Assembly: GCA_030390025.1 (NCBI GenBank)
Contig: CM059432.1
Coordinates: 144,400,001-144,464,000 of the forward strand
Direction of reading: 5' to 3'
Origin: Squalus acanthias
Taxonomy: Eukaryota
Length of the DNA: 64,000 nucleotides
The number at the start of each line of letters is the position of its first letter. The first letter of the stretch is position 1. Below are positions 62,301 to 64,000 of the stretch, in pieces. The notes beneath the pieces were generated by a model, which was not told where the DNA came from, made no database searches, and was given only the letters and a program-made list of their open reading frames with translations. Position numbers and translations under genes: made by a program.

Positions 62301-64000
62301 TATTGCCCCACTGCCCCCTTAGAATAAAGGACTATTACCCCACTCCCCCATAGAGTACAGGATTATTACCCCACTCCCCCATAGAGTACTGGATTATTAC
62401 CCCACCCACCCCCATAGAGTATAGGATTATTACCCCACACCCCCATAACATACAGGATTATTACCCCACTCCCCCCATAGAGTACAGTATTATTACCCTA
62501 CACCCCCATAGAGTACTGGATTATTACCCCACTCCCCCCATAGAATACAGGATTATTACCCCACTTCCTCCCATAGAGTACAGGATTATTACCCCACTCA
62601 CCCCATAGAGTACTGGATTATTACCCAACTCCCCCCATAGAGTACTGGATTATTACCCCGCTCCCCCTATAGAGTACTGGATTATTAGCCCACTCCCCCA
62701 TAGAGTACAGGATTATTACCCCACACCCCCCCGAGAGTACAGGATTATTACCCCACTCCCCCCATAGAGTACTGGATTATTACCACACTCCCCCCATAGA
62801 GTACAGGATTATTACCCCACTCCACCCATAGAGTACTGGATTATTAGCCCACTCCCCCCATAGAGTACTGGATTATTACCCCACTCCCCCCATAGAGTAC
62901 AGGATTATTATCCCACTCCCCCATAGAGTACTGGATTATTACCCCACACCCCCCATAGAGTACAGGATTATTACCTCACTCCCCCCATAGAGTACAGGAT
63001 AATTACCCCACTCCCCCCATAAAGTACAGGATAATTACCCCACTCCCCCCATAGAGTACTGGATTATTACCCCACTCCCCCCACAGAGTACAGGATTATT
63101 ACCCCACTCCCCCCATAGAGTACTGGATTATTACCGCACTCCCCCATAGAGTACAGGATTATTACCCCACTCCCCCCATAGAGTACTGGATTATTACCCC
63201 ACACCCCCCATAGAGTACTGGATAATTACCCCACTCCCCCATAGAGTACAGGATTATTACCCCACTCCACCCATAGAGTACAGGATTATTAACCAACTCC
63301 CCCCATAGATTACAGGATTATTACCCCACTCCCCCCATAGAGTACAGGATTATTACACCACTCCCCCCATAGAGTACTGGATTATTACCCCACTCCCCCC
63401 ATAGAGTACTGGATTATTACCCCACTCCCCCCATAGAGTACTGGATTATTACCCCGCTCCCCCCATAGAGTACTGGATTATTAGCCCACTCCCCCATAGA
63501 GTACAGGATTATTAGCCCACACCCCCCCGAGAGTACAGGATTATTACCCCACTCCCCCCATAGAGTACTGGATTATTACCACACTCCCCCCATAGAGTAC
63601 AGGATTATTACCCCACTCCCCCCATAGAGTACTGGATTATTAGCCCACTCCCCCCCATAGATTACTGGATTATTACCCCACTCCCCCCATAGAGTACAGG
63701 ATTATTATCCCACTCCCCCACAGGGTACTGGATTATTACCCCACACCCCCCATAGAGTACAGGATTATTACCCCACTCCCCCCATAGAGTACAGGATAAT
63801 TACCCCACTCCCCCCATAGAGTACAGGATAATTACCCCACTCCCCCCATAGAGTACTGGATTATTACCCCACTCCCCCCACAGAGTACAGGATTATTACC
63901 CCACTCCCCCCATAGAGTACTGGATTATTACCGCACTCCCCCATAGAGTACATGATTATTACCCCACTCCACCCATAGAGTACTGGATTATTACCCCACT
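59381..64000. repeat. 32-bp satellite/minisatellite (>140 copies, runs off window)
   Basis: Unit GATTATTACCCCACTCCCCCCATAGAGTAC[A/T]G. Confidence 0.97.

Overview
Eukaryotic, repeat-dominated vertebrate DNA, very probably from a shark or other cartilaginous fish (DeuSINE/SacSINE1-like SINEs, CR1 and L2 LINEs, Penelope-like elements); the taxon is inferred from repeat types. About a quarter of the window (~15.5 kb) is six large tandem arrays: CA-rich, 33, ~53, ~21, 23 and 32 bp units. All the giant ORFs in the track are artefacts of these arrays. The most interesting system is two Penelope-like retroelement (PLE) families (RT + GIY-YIG; 43.0-45.7 kb + and 50.9-53.0 kb -). Their 3' ends carry minimal hammerhead ribozymes (CUGAnGA-A-stemII-GAAA, palindromic AACGTT/AAGCTT helix III) with visible base-pair covariation across 8 copies. 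The same 3' ends also occur as short non-coding hairpin (inverted-repeat) insertions, each with a one-sided ~35-40 nt tail and a ~14-bp target-site duplication. Other highlights are minisatellites seeded by a SINE body and a CR1 tail, a five-layer nested insertion, a candidate signal-peptide first exon (minus strand, 32279-32399) and a candidate terminal exon near 56.2 kb. No host gene could be named.
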